From Candidatus Bathyarchaeota archaeon (lineage in GTDB: Archaea > Thermoproteota > Bathyarchaeia > Bathyarchaeales > Bathycorpusculaceae): DNA of 64,000 bases. Below the pieces are notes generated by a model. It searched no databases. It worked only from the letters and a program-made list of their open reading frames with translations, and was not told where the DNA came from. Made by a program: the position numbers and the translations under genes. The number at the start of each line of letters is the position of its first letter. The first letter of the stretch is position 1. Below, one piece after another: positions 20,210 through 30,116 of this stretch. The stretch covers positions 128,001 through 192,000 of the forward strand of contig CAWGYA010000002.1 in NCBI GenBank assembly GCA_963826715.1, read 5' to 3'.

Positions 20210-21286
20210 CTAAAGTCTAAACTTTAGACGACCGAGGTGTTTTTCATTCTTTTTCAAGAATGCACTTTCAACACCAGTAACAACTGCCATTACTGAAACT
20301 GCGCCTTTTAATTCTGAATCAACTCTGGCACCCCAAATAATTTTCACATTGGGTGGCAATGAGCGCTTCATGATTTCAGCTGCTCTGTTGACTTCAGTAA
20401 GTGTTAGGTCATCTCCTCCTGAGACATGAATGAGTAAACCCTTAGCTTTTGTTACGTCTTCAATGTCAAGTAGCCGTCCATTTAATGCTTTATCAACTGC
20501 TGTTTCAATTCGACTTTCACCGTTTCCTTCACCAATACCAATTGATGCTAATCCTGCACCTGTCATAATTGCTTTGAGATCTGCATAATCCATGTTGATT
20601 AAGCTAGCAGTGGTAATGGTTTCTGTAACACCCTTCACGAATTTACCCACAGTTGTGTTAGCAACTCCTAAAGCTTCTCTAAAGGGCAAGTTTCCAGCAA
20701 CTTTAACCAGCCGGTTATTGTCAATGACAACTACTGTATCGCATACAGATTTCAACCTAGTTAGACCCTTTTTTGCCGCTTCCATTCTGGCTGTTTCAAC
20801 TTCAAACGGAAGAGTGACTACACCCACGATTAACGGAGACATCGGTTGATCTGCAAATTTCTTGCGCAGCGCATCGGCTAAACCAACGATTGACCCTGTA
20901 CCGGTACCTCCACCTAGACCAGCTACCAGAAATATTATATTTGATTTAGAGAGTTCATGAATAACTTCGTTTGCTGATTCATAGAGCGCTTTCTCGCCGA
21001 TATCTGGATAGCCACCAGCCCCCATGCCGTGTGTGAGCTTCTCGCCGATGAGAATTCTTTTGTCAGCTTTGGTAATTTTTAGATGAGTCGCATCTGTGTT
21101 TACCGCAATCAATTTACTGCCAGTGACGCCCTTTTCCTTAGTCCAAGTGATGACGTTGCACCCGGCACCGCCGAGCCCAACGGCAGCTACTGTAGGTATG
21201 GCCATTCTGGCAAATTTTTCGATTTTTTCTTCTTGTGTTTCCACAAAAGGTTGTTCTTGATACGGATATAATTCTTGTTCATTCAT
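20210..21286 (-). CDS. ftsZ: Cell division protein FtsZ (FtsZ2-like)
   Basis: GLGGAGCN, VNTD, GLGGGTGTG, TLPFEVE, IDNNRL, T7 loop LINMDYAD, IIWGARVD. Confidence 0.95.
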   Translation of the reverse strand: MNEQELYPYQEQPFVETQEEKIEKFARMAIPTVAAVGLGGAGCNVITWTKEKGVTGSKLIAVNTDATHLKITKADKRILIGEKLTHGMGAGGYPDIGEKALYESANEVIHELSKSNIIFLVAGLGGGTGTGSIVGLADALRKKFADQPMSPLIVGVVTLPFEVETARMEAAKKGLTRLKSVCDTVVVIDNNRLVKVAGNLPFREALGVANTTVGKFVKGVTETITTASLINMDYADLKAIMTGAGLASIGIGEGNGESRIETAVDKALNGRLLDIEDVTKAKGLLIHVSGGDDLTLTEVNRAAEIMKRSLPPNVKIIWGARVDSELKGAVSVMAVVTGVESAFLKKNEKHLGRLKFRL

Positions 21287-21452
21287 GATGTTCTTACCCC
21301 AATTCCATGTTTCTTAAGACTTAATACAATGATATAAGTATTGTGAATCAATATTTACGACATAGATTTGTTGTACACGACTACGACTACCCCATCTCGC
21401 AATATACCTTATATACAACAAATGTTAAACATCAATCCAGGAGCCTGGCAAA

Positions 21453-21851
21453 ATGAAAAAACTCACGTTAATGAAAAAATTCATGAATGATTTCGTCGGA
21501 AAAGGCTTACACCTTACAATTCAAGAGAAAGAAGGAAGTTTTAATGTGCATACTATCGAAATAATGCAGAAAACCGATGATGACTGTCCAGTGGAGGATT
21601 TACCTATCGGCGACTATTTCCTCCATTTAGTGGCCAGAAATCCTCAGGGAAGTGAAGCCTCAATAGTCTGTGACTGGTCAGATGATTTACTAAAGAGCCT
21701 TTTATCAAATTACAAAGAGATCAAAGACGCACAATATTCCCAAGTAACGATGTTTCGAGACCCCCTTTCTAAGAAATCAAACAAGTGGTTACTTACATGG
21801 GCCAATGAAAAACGTAAACCCAAAAAAGATCCTATACAATACATAAGCTAA
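21453..21851 (+). CDS. Hypothetical protein
   Basis: 132-aa ORF with GGAG RBS and upstream TATA-like TTATATA. Confidence 0.7.
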   Translation: MKKLTLMKKFMNDFVGKGLHLTIQEKEGSFNVHTIEIMQKTDDDCPVEDLPIGDYFLHLVARNPQGSEASIVCDWSDDLLKSLLSNYKEIKDAQYSQVTMFRDPLSKKSNKWLLTWANEKRKPKKDPIQYIS

Positions 21852-22170
21852 ACTATCATTTTATCAAGTTTCTTTTCACTTTTTTGGATTTTATTCTCAG
21901 TTCAACTGCCGTATTTCTTTTTGACCAAATTTGAAATTTTAATATGATCAGGATCGAATGCAATCTTAGCAGGATTCCACTATTTGTGATTCAACCAAGC
22001 CAATTTTTTAAGAGCATTGGGAAAAAGCGAAAAAGCATCTTTGTACAATTAAAAAACAAGCTGAAAAAAATCTAACCAACTCTTATTTGATTTGAATTTC
22101 CTTAACAATAATAAATTGTCGCCCACAAAGAACCAATACCACAGCAGAAGATAATAAGATATTTCTGATT

Positions 22171-23346
22171 TTAACTTATAGTTTGGTTCCAAAAATATAC
22201 CGCACCATAACTTGGCAACAAAACCGAAGCTTGGGGACTATCGTAGAGAATGTCAAAACGTTCACCATAGCGACCAATCAATAAATCAACATCGTTAAAA
22301 ATTTTCGGTGACAATCCATCAGGCGGGAACAACCCCCAGATGTTATCTTTGGCTGAGCGGAAACCAAAACCATAATCAGAAGGGACCACATACGCCGCCT
22401 CCACATTATTTTTGCCAAGACTCTGAGGATCTTTGTGAATTATGTTCCAAAATTCGCGCATTTTTTCAAAATGCTGTTCGGTTATTGTACCGTAGTTGGT
22501 TGTGTTTGGGTAACTGAAAACCACCAAATATTTAGCACCGGACCTATAGGCTAACGTTAGATCACTATAGAGTTCCTCAGGACTTCCGAGATATGGAGCG
22601 TGATCATATTTCCACGTAACAATAACGCCCCAATCTTTTCCGAAGGCTTCAGCCGCACCCCTGCAAAGGGCGATGTGACGTTCACGACTTTCATTACCCA
22701 CAAATTCACCGAAAATAGTTGTATAATTTGCTTTATAATCAAACCAATATAACCCATAATCAGAGGTATAGATTTTAGGGCTGTATTGAAGGTAATACGC
22801 CGGAAAATAGGATAAATTGCCAGTATAAACTTCAGATAATTGAGCATATGAGGGGTTGGAGGCTAAATCATAGCTATGAATGAGCTGGGATGGTCCGTTG
22901 TCGAGTTGGTTTCCACCTGGCTCGTCATAACGGTAAATGCCTAAAAAGCGCTCTCCGTACTTAACCGAGGCATCTGTCATCCATGTTGTGATGTTGTAGT
23001 CATATTTTTCAAGTCCCGTAAATAAGACAATAAAATTTAGATTTGCCTTAAAGATTTTATCGCAGGCCTCATTCAAAGAAGACTGGTTCAAGGTCAATTC
23101 AAGAGAACCCAAAACCACCAAATTAGTATAGCCTCTAACCTTATCAACCAAAGCTTGTACCTGAATGGGTTGATCACCGTATGCGAATTCAACACCAAAG
23201 TAAAATTCCGTATTAGCTTGATGATTGCTAAAACTGTTCAAGGCCACAAAAAGGGACAGAATAACAACAGCAACTAATGCTATAGCAATTATTGAAACCT
23301 TTTTTCGGTTCAAATCTGCCCAACCGTAAATTATCCTAAACTGCAA
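22171..23346 (-). CDS. Membrane-anchored exported protein, possibly glycoside-hydrolase-like TIM barrel
   Basis: N-terminal TM; GIYRYDEPGG, TSDYGLYWFDY, WGVIVTW; aromatic-rich. Confidence 0.7.
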   Translation of the reverse strand: MQFRIIYGWADLNRKKVSIIAIALVAVVILSLFVALNSFSNHQANTEFYFGVEFAYGDQPIQVQALVDKVRGYTNLVVLGSLELTLNQSSLNEACDKIFKANLNFIVLFTGLEKYDYNITTWMTDASVKYGERFLGIYRYDEPGGNQLDNGPSQLIHSYDLASNPSYAQLSEVYTGNLSYFPAYYLQYSPKIYTSDYGLYWFDYKANYTTIFGEFVGNESRERHIALCRGAAEAFGKDWGVIVTWKYDHAPYLGSPEELYSDLTLAYRSGAKYLVVFSYPNTTNYGTITEQHFEKMREFWNIIHKDPQSLGKNNVEAAYVVPSDYGFGFRSAKDNIWGLFPPDGLSPKIFNDVDLLIGRYGERFDILYDSPQASVLLPSYGAVYFWNQTIS

Positions 23347-23382
23347 ACCTATCTATTATAGATTTAAGACTTCTTCAAGTTC

Positions 23383-23820
23383 TTATCTGCTGAACAAGCC
23401 TATCAACTTACCCTCGGCAAGAACATGACTTTCCATAGCTTGCTCGAGATCTCTCTTGTCACTTTTAGAGTTTAGCTGTAGTAGACTATCCAAGGCGTAA
23501 ACCTTAAAAAAGTACCTGTGCTGCTTTCCCAACGGTGGACAGGGCCCTATGTAAGAGTTTTCTCTATTGCTGTTTAAGCCTTCTAAACCTGGAACTGTGT
23601 CCTCCATTATTTTGGTTATTGAGGGAGGAATATTCCAAACTATCCAGTGATCGAAGGTCCCGTGGGGGGCATCAGGGTCTTCAAGAATCAAAACGAGACT
23701 TTGAGTTTCTTGAGGGATTCCATCTATGAATATCGGCGGATTGGGTCCTTCACAACTGTATTTTTTGGGGATTATCTGGTTTGATTCAAAGGCTGGGCTA
23801 GTCACATGAAGTTCCTTCAT
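23383..23820 (-). CDS. YbhB/YbcL (PEBP/RKIP) family protein
   Basis: EDPDAP..FDHWIVWNIP, YIGPCPP..HRYFFKVYALD. Confidence 0.95.
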   Translation of the reverse strand: MKELHVTSPAFESNQIIPKKYSCEGPNPPIFIDGIPQETQSLVLILEDPDAPHGTFDHWIVWNIPPSITKIMEDTVPGLEGLNSNRENSYIGPCPPLGKQHRYFFKVYALDSLLQLNSKSDKRDLEQAMESHVLAEGKLIGLFSR

Positions 23821-24112
23821 AAATTGTCCCTATATCCATGTTCCTCGTTGCTAAATAAAAAGTTAATGAATTGGATGATGGAAAAAATCATATCAGTAAA
23901 AAACCTCTTCACACATTGTTTTGATCATAAGGCATGAAAAAATGTTGCTATTTTGGTCTTAAGTTAGAAAACACTTCTCATCCAAAATGTTTAAAAATTT
24001 TCTTTAAAAAAATTTACGTAGATATAGATTACAAGATCCTCGCCATATAATGAAAAAAATAACAGAAGCAACAATATTTTTAGCTACAGACTTTTATGTT
24101 CAACGTTTAGTG

Positions 24113-25816
24113 TTAGATTTCTGCTTTACGTATCAACTCTTTTGCTAAGCCAATATTAATTCTATAGAACATCATGGCGAAAACTGAGGCAATAACGCAA
24201 CTCATTATCAGTGCGATAACTATTGTGAGGGGCCCCAGTGATCCAATTGGAACGTACGATGATAGAAATAGCGAAATAGCGTATGGCACAAATGGCGCCA
24301 AAACAGCAAAACCCGCTAGTGCACAAGAAAGTAGACTGATTATCGCCCACTCCTGTCGAATCATCCTTGCACGTCGAGTCACAGAGAAGTCAGCGCCTTT
24401 AAAGCCGTTTGTTAAGCCGATTGAGCCTAAAGCAAAAATAAGAAATAGTCCCTCAACGAAAGCAACTATAATCATTAAGATGGATGGTTGGAAATAGATT
24501 ATTCCTACAGTGGTAGTAAGAATTTGGATGATTATAGAGAAGAAAACCAGGAAGGAGTACTTGCTTTTGACCAAATTTTTGGGTGAAACTGGTGAGGCGT
24601 AAATTCTCCAGACCGATTGTCCTTCTTCACCAATCAGCATGTTACCTAACTGCATAGACATGATTGCCCCGGGTATGAGGAAGATCATAACTTCCCAGAA
24701 GAAATTTAGAGCGGGCGGTGAACCAGAATTAGCTGTATTGAGGGAATTAAAGATGGGCACTATTACGAATACAATGGGAATGATGAATATTCCCAGCAAT
24801 TCTCTGCGTCGAGTAAAAGCTCGTATATCCTTGCGGATAATAGCTGCTTCTAGGCTTGAGAAGCCTAGTTTGCCCAATAATCCAGCTTTAGGTACATAAA
24901 TACCGTTTGTCTGAATCCTAATTGCTGGTGGTTCGTAGAGACCGAATCTTTGGTTAAGTAGGATAGCAATGTAGTAGAGGGCTACAATGAATAGTGCAGA
25001 GCTACCCACAAAAGCAATTGCAAGCAGGTTACTACTAAATATGAAGTAGAGAGTTATTCCCAGCCATAAGAAAGGAATAAACCATAATGAATTCTGAAAA
25101 GTCGCTAAAGTTTGTACAAAAGTAAGGGCACCTGTACCAGTAAATATAGCAAAGTAGACCAAGTACAGGATGATGAAGAAAAACAATGAACCGATAAGGC
25201 GAACCCAAATTGCTGCACGACCACTTGACTTGTAGACTGCACCAGTGAACCGTACTTGGAGAATCCTTAAAATTTCTGTAGTAGCGCTACCCATGAAAGC
25301 GGCGGCAAGCATCGCTATAACAGTTATTAGAGCAGTTGCAATTAAGCCGTTAAAGATTGCGAAAACAATAATCCCAGCTGCAAATCCAATAACTAATGCA
25401 ATTGGGAGACCCAACAAATTGGAAAGGATTGATGCTAAAGTATGTTCCTGCCAGGTTACTGGCAGCCAATACATGACTTGAGAGGTTTTCTTTAACCCAG
25501 CAAGCTGAATTTGTTGAAACATTGTGAAAATTAAAGCCATGATTAGAATAATCGTTGGCAATGACACGAAGAAGCTATTTGCCGCTTCCGCTAACAAGGG
25601 CAGACCTCCTGGTATATCAGTTGAGGGTACTGAATACAAGGATTGAATTATTAGGTTTGACAACAACCCTCCTACAATTCCAATTATTCCAGCTAACCAA
25701 TACGGCCAGTATGCCAGTATACGATGTTCCCTGTAATGCGTAGCTTTAATACCTCTTAGGAGCCTGCTTGATTTGCGTTCTACTCGAAGCAGATAGAGGA
25801 CGTTTTTCCAATTCAT
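24113..25816 (-). CDS. ABC exporter permease (large multi-TM)
   Basis: Many TMs; overlaps the stop of the adjacent ABC ATPase by 4 nt. Confidence 0.85.
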   Translation of the reverse strand: MNWKNVLYLLRVERKSSRLLRGIKATHYREHRILAYWPYWLAGIIGIVGGLLSNLIIQSLYSVPSTDIPGGLPLLAEAANSFFVSLPTIILIMALIFTMFQQIQLAGLKKTSQVMYWLPVTWQEHTLASILSNLLGLPIALVIGFAAGIIVFAIFNGLIATALITVIAMLAAAFMGSATTEILRILQVRFTGAVYKSSGRAAIWVRLIGSLFFFIILYLVYFAIFTGTGALTFVQTLATFQNSLWFIPFLWLGITLYFIFSSNLLAIAFVGSSALFIVALYYIAILLNQRFGLYEPPAIRIQTNGIYVPKAGLLGKLGFSSLEAAIIRKDIRAFTRRRELLGIFIIPIVFVIVPIFNSLNTANSGSPPALNFFWEVMIFLIPGAIMSMQLGNMLIGEEGQSVWRIYASPVSPKNLVKSKYSFLVFFSIIIQILTTTVGIIYFQPSILMIIVAFVEGLFLIFALGSIGLTNGFKGADFSVTRRARMIRQEWAIISLLSCALAGFAVLAPFVPYAISLFLSSYVPIGSLGPLTIVIALIMSCVIASVFAMMFYRINIGLAKELIRKAEI

Positions 25817-26586
25817 TTCAAAAGTTCCTCAACAACAGCTTTCAAATCGCCTGTGCCTGTTAACTTGAGGAAAATATCTTCTAAACCTGAGCCTGGAAGG
25901 CTTGCGCGTTCTCTTAGCTCATTCATAGTACCAAGCGCTAGGATATTTCCCTGGTACATGATGCCTATTCGGTCACATACCGCCTCAGCAATTTCCAAAA
26001 CATGTGTTGAAAGGATCGTGGTTACTCCTTGAGATTTAAGCTCATACAGGAAATCTTTGACGATACGAGCACTTCGGGGGTCCAAAGCGGTGAGTGGTTC
26101 ATCAAGGATCAAAAGTTTGGGTTTATGAAGAAATGCCGATATGAGGCTTAGTTTCTTTCTCATTCCATCTGAGTAACTGTTTATCATGTCCCCCTCTCTG
26201 CCCTTAAGCTCTAGAGCTTTGAGGTATTCGGTGATACGTTGTTGTTTATCTGTAGTTGAGACATTGTAGATGTCACCGATAAAATCAAGATATTCGATCC
26301 CGGTTAAAAACTCGTACACATTTGGAGATTCAGGAACGTAACCAACCTGCCGCTTAATACCGACTGGGTCCTTTTGTACATCCAACCCCAGAACGTTGAT
26401 TTCACCAGCGCTTGGAGTAACGAGCCCAAGCAACATTTTGAGAGTGGTGGATTTCCCTGATCCGTTGGGACCTAAAAGGGCAAAAATCTCGCCAGTTGGA
26501 ATTGCTAAGCTGATGTTATTTACCGCGACTATTTCATTGTAACGTTTAGTCACACCACGAAGTTCAACTGCATATGAGCTACTCAT
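25813..26586 (-). CDS. ABC transporter ATP-binding protein
   Basis: GPNGSGKST, YSDGM, ILDEP, STH. Confidence 0.95.
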   Translation of the reverse strand: MSSSYAVELRGVTKRYNEIVAVNNISLAIPTGEIFALLGPNGSGKSTTLKMLLGLVTPSAGEINVLGLDVQKDPVGIKRQVGYVPESPNVYEFLTGIEYLDFIGDIYNVSTTDKQQRITEYLKALELKGREGDMINSYSDGMRKKLSLISAFLHKPKLLILDEPLTALDPRSARIVKDFLYELKSQGVTTILSTHVLEIAEAVCDRIGIMYQGNILALGTMNELRERASLPGSGLEDIFLKLTGTGDLKAVVEELLK

Positions 26587-26674
26587 TATGGGTCCACCGA
26601 TTGCAAATAGGATATTTTATATATTTAAGCAATATGTAAAAGAAACAAGCTAACAAAAGAAAGGTTAAAAAAAC

Positions 26675-27121
26675 TCAGATAAAGCTGAGTTCAAAACTTA
26701 TCGGAACATCCTCGCCCCAAGACTGTCTAATTGGGCAAATTTTCTGAGCCATTCCATAAACCATAGTTGCTTTCTTGCGTTCACGCTCAGTATCGTTTGC
26801 TAAACCTACATTCATCGCGAAGTGGACATCAGTGAAAATCAGCTTCTCCATACCTTCTACGTTCATTTTAACCGTTGCTTTGGTCTCTAGATTTTTTAGG
26901 TCAAGTTGGCTGTTTTTAGCAATTAAAAGGAACAGCGTGTTGATACAAGAGGCTAAGGCAGCTGCAAAAATGTCTTCTGGTGTACAGTAGCCTTCTTTTC
27001 CTCCAAAAGAGGGCGGAGGGCTAACTGAAACTATTTGTTTACCTTTAACGAATAATCCACATTCTGTTCCGCCACTCCATGTGGCGACACCTTCAAAATT
27101 CATTTCGGGCATAAAAATCAC
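26675..27121 (-). CDS. OsmC family protein
   Basis: PPSFGG..TPEDIFAAALASC and KICPI. Confidence 0.9.
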   Translation of the reverse strand: MIFMPEMNFEGVATWSGGTECGLFVKGKQIVSVSPPPSFGGKEGYCTPEDIFAAALASCINTLFLLIAKNSQLDLKNLETKATVKMNVEGMEKLIFTDVHFAMNVGLANDTERERKKATMVYGMAQKICPIRQSWGEDVPISFELSFI

Positions 27122-27436
27122 AATTCACCCTATAAGCTTCGGTAAATTTAATTTTTATGGTAACAAAAACGTACAGCTAAGATTCATTCAGTTCTCATTT
27201 TATAAGCTCTGACCCAGTTTATCGTCTACCTCTTCCTGCAATCAGGCGATCCAAACATCCTTTTTTACCCTTCATTCACCCCCCAAGTTAAAAATTGGAA
27301 AACAGAAAACAATATCTAACAAAGTTGATATCAAGATCTAAAATTTTAGTGGTTCAAGCAATGGCACTATCATATTGATTATTCTTGTATGTGATAAACT
27401 TAAATTCCGCAATCGTTCAATGCTAAAAGACGCTTT

Positions 27437-28426
27437 ATGCATAATGCAATTGAAACCCATCAGTTAACTAAAACTTATAAATCCTTCAAAGCGGTCGACA
27501 ATCTCGACATAATTGTGGAAACAGGAGAAATCTTTGGATTACTAGGTCCAAATGGTGCCGGCAAAACTACTACAGTATCAATGCTATGCACCATCCTCAA
27601 ACCTTCCTCGGGTACAGCCTCGATAAACGGTTTTGATCTTTTACGAGAACCAAATAAAGTCCGAAAATCTATCGGCATCGTCTTTCAGGATCCAAGTATT
27701 GACGACCGATTAACAGGAAGAGAAAACCTCTATATGCACGCCAACCTCTACGGGGTACCTGCTTCTAACCAGAAAGAACGAGTAAACCGCATCCTAAAAC
27801 TCGTTGAACTTGAGGATCGCGCGGATGATTTGCTTAGAACCTATTCTGGAGGTATGCGGCGCAGGCTTGAGTTAGGACGTGGATTAATCCATTACCCCAA
27901 AATCCTCTTTTTGGATGAGCCCACCGTAGGTTTGGACCCACAGACCCGAGACCATATATGGAAATACATCCTCGAACTTAAAAAAACACATGACATAACA
28001 GTCGTCTTAACAACGCACTACATGGACGAAGCAGATCGCCTTTCAGATCGCATAGCAATTATGGACCATGGAAAAATTGTGGTTTTAGACACTCCGGGAA
28101 ATCTTAAAGAAACTCTTGAGGGGGACGTAATAATTGTCAGGGCAAACGATCTAGAAGGATTATCTTCTTTAGTGTCTAAATGGCTGGGATTTAGCCAGAC
28201 ACATTTAGTAGATGGAGCATTAGAGATTACTGTTCATAACGGAAAAGCCGCGATGCCAAGAGTCATGGAAATAGCAGCTCAGAACAACATCTATGTCGAA
28301 TCCTTGCTTTTGCGCGAACCCAACCTCGAAGACGTTTTTTTACATTACACTGGAAGGACAATTCGGTATGACACTACCAAAGAACTCCATGGTATGGCAG
28401 CTATTCACCGGAGAGCGATAAAATGA
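27437..28426 (+). CDS. ABC exporter ATP-binding protein (DrrA-like)
   Basis: GPNGAGKTT, YSGGMRRRLE, LDEPTVGLDP, TTHYMDEAD. Confidence 0.95.
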   Translation: MHNAIETHQLTKTYKSFKAVDNLDIIVETGEIFGLLGPNGAGKTTTVSMLCTILKPSSGTASINGFDLLREPNKVRKSIGIVFQDPSIDDRLTGRENLYMHANLYGVPASNQKERVNRILKLVELEDRADDLLRTYSGGMRRRLELGRGLIHYPKILFLDEPTVGLDPQTRDHIWKYILELKKTHDITVVLTTHYMDEADRLSDRIAIMDHGKIVVLDTPGNLKETLEGDVIIVRANDLEGLSSLVSKWLGFSQTHLVDGALEITVHNGKAAMPRVMEIAAQNNIYVESLLLREPNLEDVFLHYTGRTIRYDTTKELHGMAAIHRRAIK

Positions 28427-29184
28427 CCGAGATTCGCGGACTTTATACACTCTGGCTTAGAGAGCTTAAGCGTTTTATAAGAGACAGGGCAAGAGTCATT
28501 ATTAGTTTCGTTCAACCGCTTCTGTGGCTTGTAGTTTTCGCCGGCGGTTTCGGATCACGTCTACTAATCCCAGGCATAGGGTACCAACAATATCTCTTTC
28601 CAGGTATTATTGGGCAAACTTTGCTTTTCACTTCTATGTTCATGGGAATTAGCTTAATTTGGGACAAAGAATTTGGGTTTATGAAGGAAATTCTGGTATC
28701 GCCAGTATCGCGTTTTACAATTTTTATGGGCAAAATGTTAGGGGACAGCACAGCGGCCATGCTTCAGGGTGTAATTGTTTTTGCTTTCGGGTTCATTTTA
28801 GGTGTTCCCTTTGACCCTATAACTTTGGTTGCAGCATTACCAATTATGCTCCTGATTACTTTTGGAGTGGTTAGCTTGGGCCTAATTATCGCTAGCTTCA
28901 TAGGCAGTCTTGAAAACTTTGGTGCAATTCAAACCTTCATCAATTTACCAATGTTCTTTTTAAGCGGAGCCCTTTTCCCTGTTTCAGGTCCAGGTACTCC
29001 TGAATGGTTGCATGTAGCTTCAGCATTTAATCCTCTAACATACGGAGTCGATGCATTGCGAACAGTGATTTTAGGCTCCGCTTGGACCCCAATACAGCCA
29101 CTATCCCTTAATCTTGGAGTTGTTGTCATCTTTGATGTAATCATGATCGGGGTTGGCACCTGGGCATTTAGCAAAATGAAATAA
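28423..29184 (+). CDS. ABC-2 type permease (DrrB-like)
   Basis: WDKEFGFMKEILVSP, PMFFLSGALFP, NPLTYGVDALR; coupled to the ATPase. Confidence 0.95.
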   Translation: MTEIRGLYTLWLRELKRFIRDRARVIISFVQPLLWLVVFAGGFGSRLLIPGIGYQQYLFPGIIGQTLLFTSMFMGISLIWDKEFGFMKEILVSPVSRFTIFMGKMLGDSTAAMLQGVIVFAFGFILGVPFDPITLVAALPIMLLITFGVVSLGLIIASFIGSLENFGAIQTFINLPMFFLSGALFPVSGPGTPEWLHVASAFNPLTYGVDALRTVILGSAWTPIQPLSLNLGVVVIFDVIMIGVGTWAFSKMK

Positions 29185-29216
29185 AAACAAGAAAAAGAAG
29201 ATAAAAGCAAAAAAAT

Positions 29217-29504
29217 TTACTGCTTGTTGGTCATTTCGTTGATTTGTTCTTCCATCGCATGACCACGACAATAAACAATTGCTTTTGTTACTCCAGGAAC
29301 GGCTTTGGCTGCATCTCGGATATCCACAGCTAACTTAAATGCTATTGGGCAAAAAGGGCTTGTTGGCACAAATTCAACTTCAACTGATCCGGGTTCGCTT
29401 TCCTTTACGCTTTGGATCATCTGCATTTCCTCAAAAGATTGCCCCGTCTCGGGATCTTGCACTTTGCCGACTTCAATACGCACTTTATCTTCGAGTTCGG
29501 TCAT
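29217..29504 (-). CDS. DUF59 / Fe-S cluster assembly factor (SufT/PaaD-like)
   Basis: VQDPETG, PTSPFCPIA; ATG at 29504 follows a GGTGA RBS. Confidence 0.9.
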   Translation of the reverse strand: MTELEDKVRIEVGKVQDPETGQSFEEMQMIQSVKESEPGSVEVEFVPTSPFCPIAFKLAVDIRDAAKAVPGVTKAIVYCRGHAMEEQINEMTNKQ

Positions 29505-29609
29505 TAATTTCACCTTTTTTGGTAAAGATAATATTAAAGTAAATAAAATATAAAGTTTGATTGATCATAAAGACCTGTGTAGGGTTTATCGATTGTTGAG
29601 GTAGATAAA

Positions 29610-30029
29610 TTGGCATACGACGAGAATTGTATATTTTGTAAAATAGTACTTAAGCTGGCGCCCTCAAGCGTACTCTTTGAAAACGAGACAACTATGGCAT
29701 TTCTTGATATTCGACCATTAAATTTGGGGCACACGTTGGTTATTCCTAAAGCCCACTATGTAGACATCTTTAATATCCCAAAAAAAGAGATTGCTCAAGT
29801 TCACATTATCGCGAAACAACTTGCTTCAGCCATAAAAAAAGCCACTGGAGCCGATGGTATCAGTATAATTCAGCAGAACGGCAAAGCTGCTGGTCAAGAA
29901 ATCTTCCACTTACACACACATATAGTGCCTCGATTTTTGGGGGAGACTCTACCAAGGTTCAGTGATCTCAAAGAAGTTGATCGAGTAAGGTTGGAAGAGA
30001 CAGCTGAGAAGATAAAGCAACTCATATGA
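29610..30029 (+). CDS. HIT family hydrolase
   Basis: CIFCKI, GHTLVIPK, HLHTHIVPR. Confidence 0.95.
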   Translation: MAYDENCIFCKIVLKLAPSSVLFENETTMAFLDIRPLNLGHTLVIPKAHYVDIFNIPKKEIAQVHIIAKQLASAIKKATGADGISIIQQNGKAAGQEIFHLHTHIVPRFLGETLPRFSDLKEVDRVRLEETAEKIKQLI

Positions 30030-30116
30030 CGCGAGTTAGACCAAGTTCAGAATTTAAACAGATAAAACAAATAATCATCATATAGTTAAATCAGTTTTAA
30101 CTGAAGTCTCTAAAGC

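Noticed and set aside
27219-27275. 18-codon minus-strand mini-ORF after a GGGGGTGA motif
   Set aside because: Too short and featureless to support.
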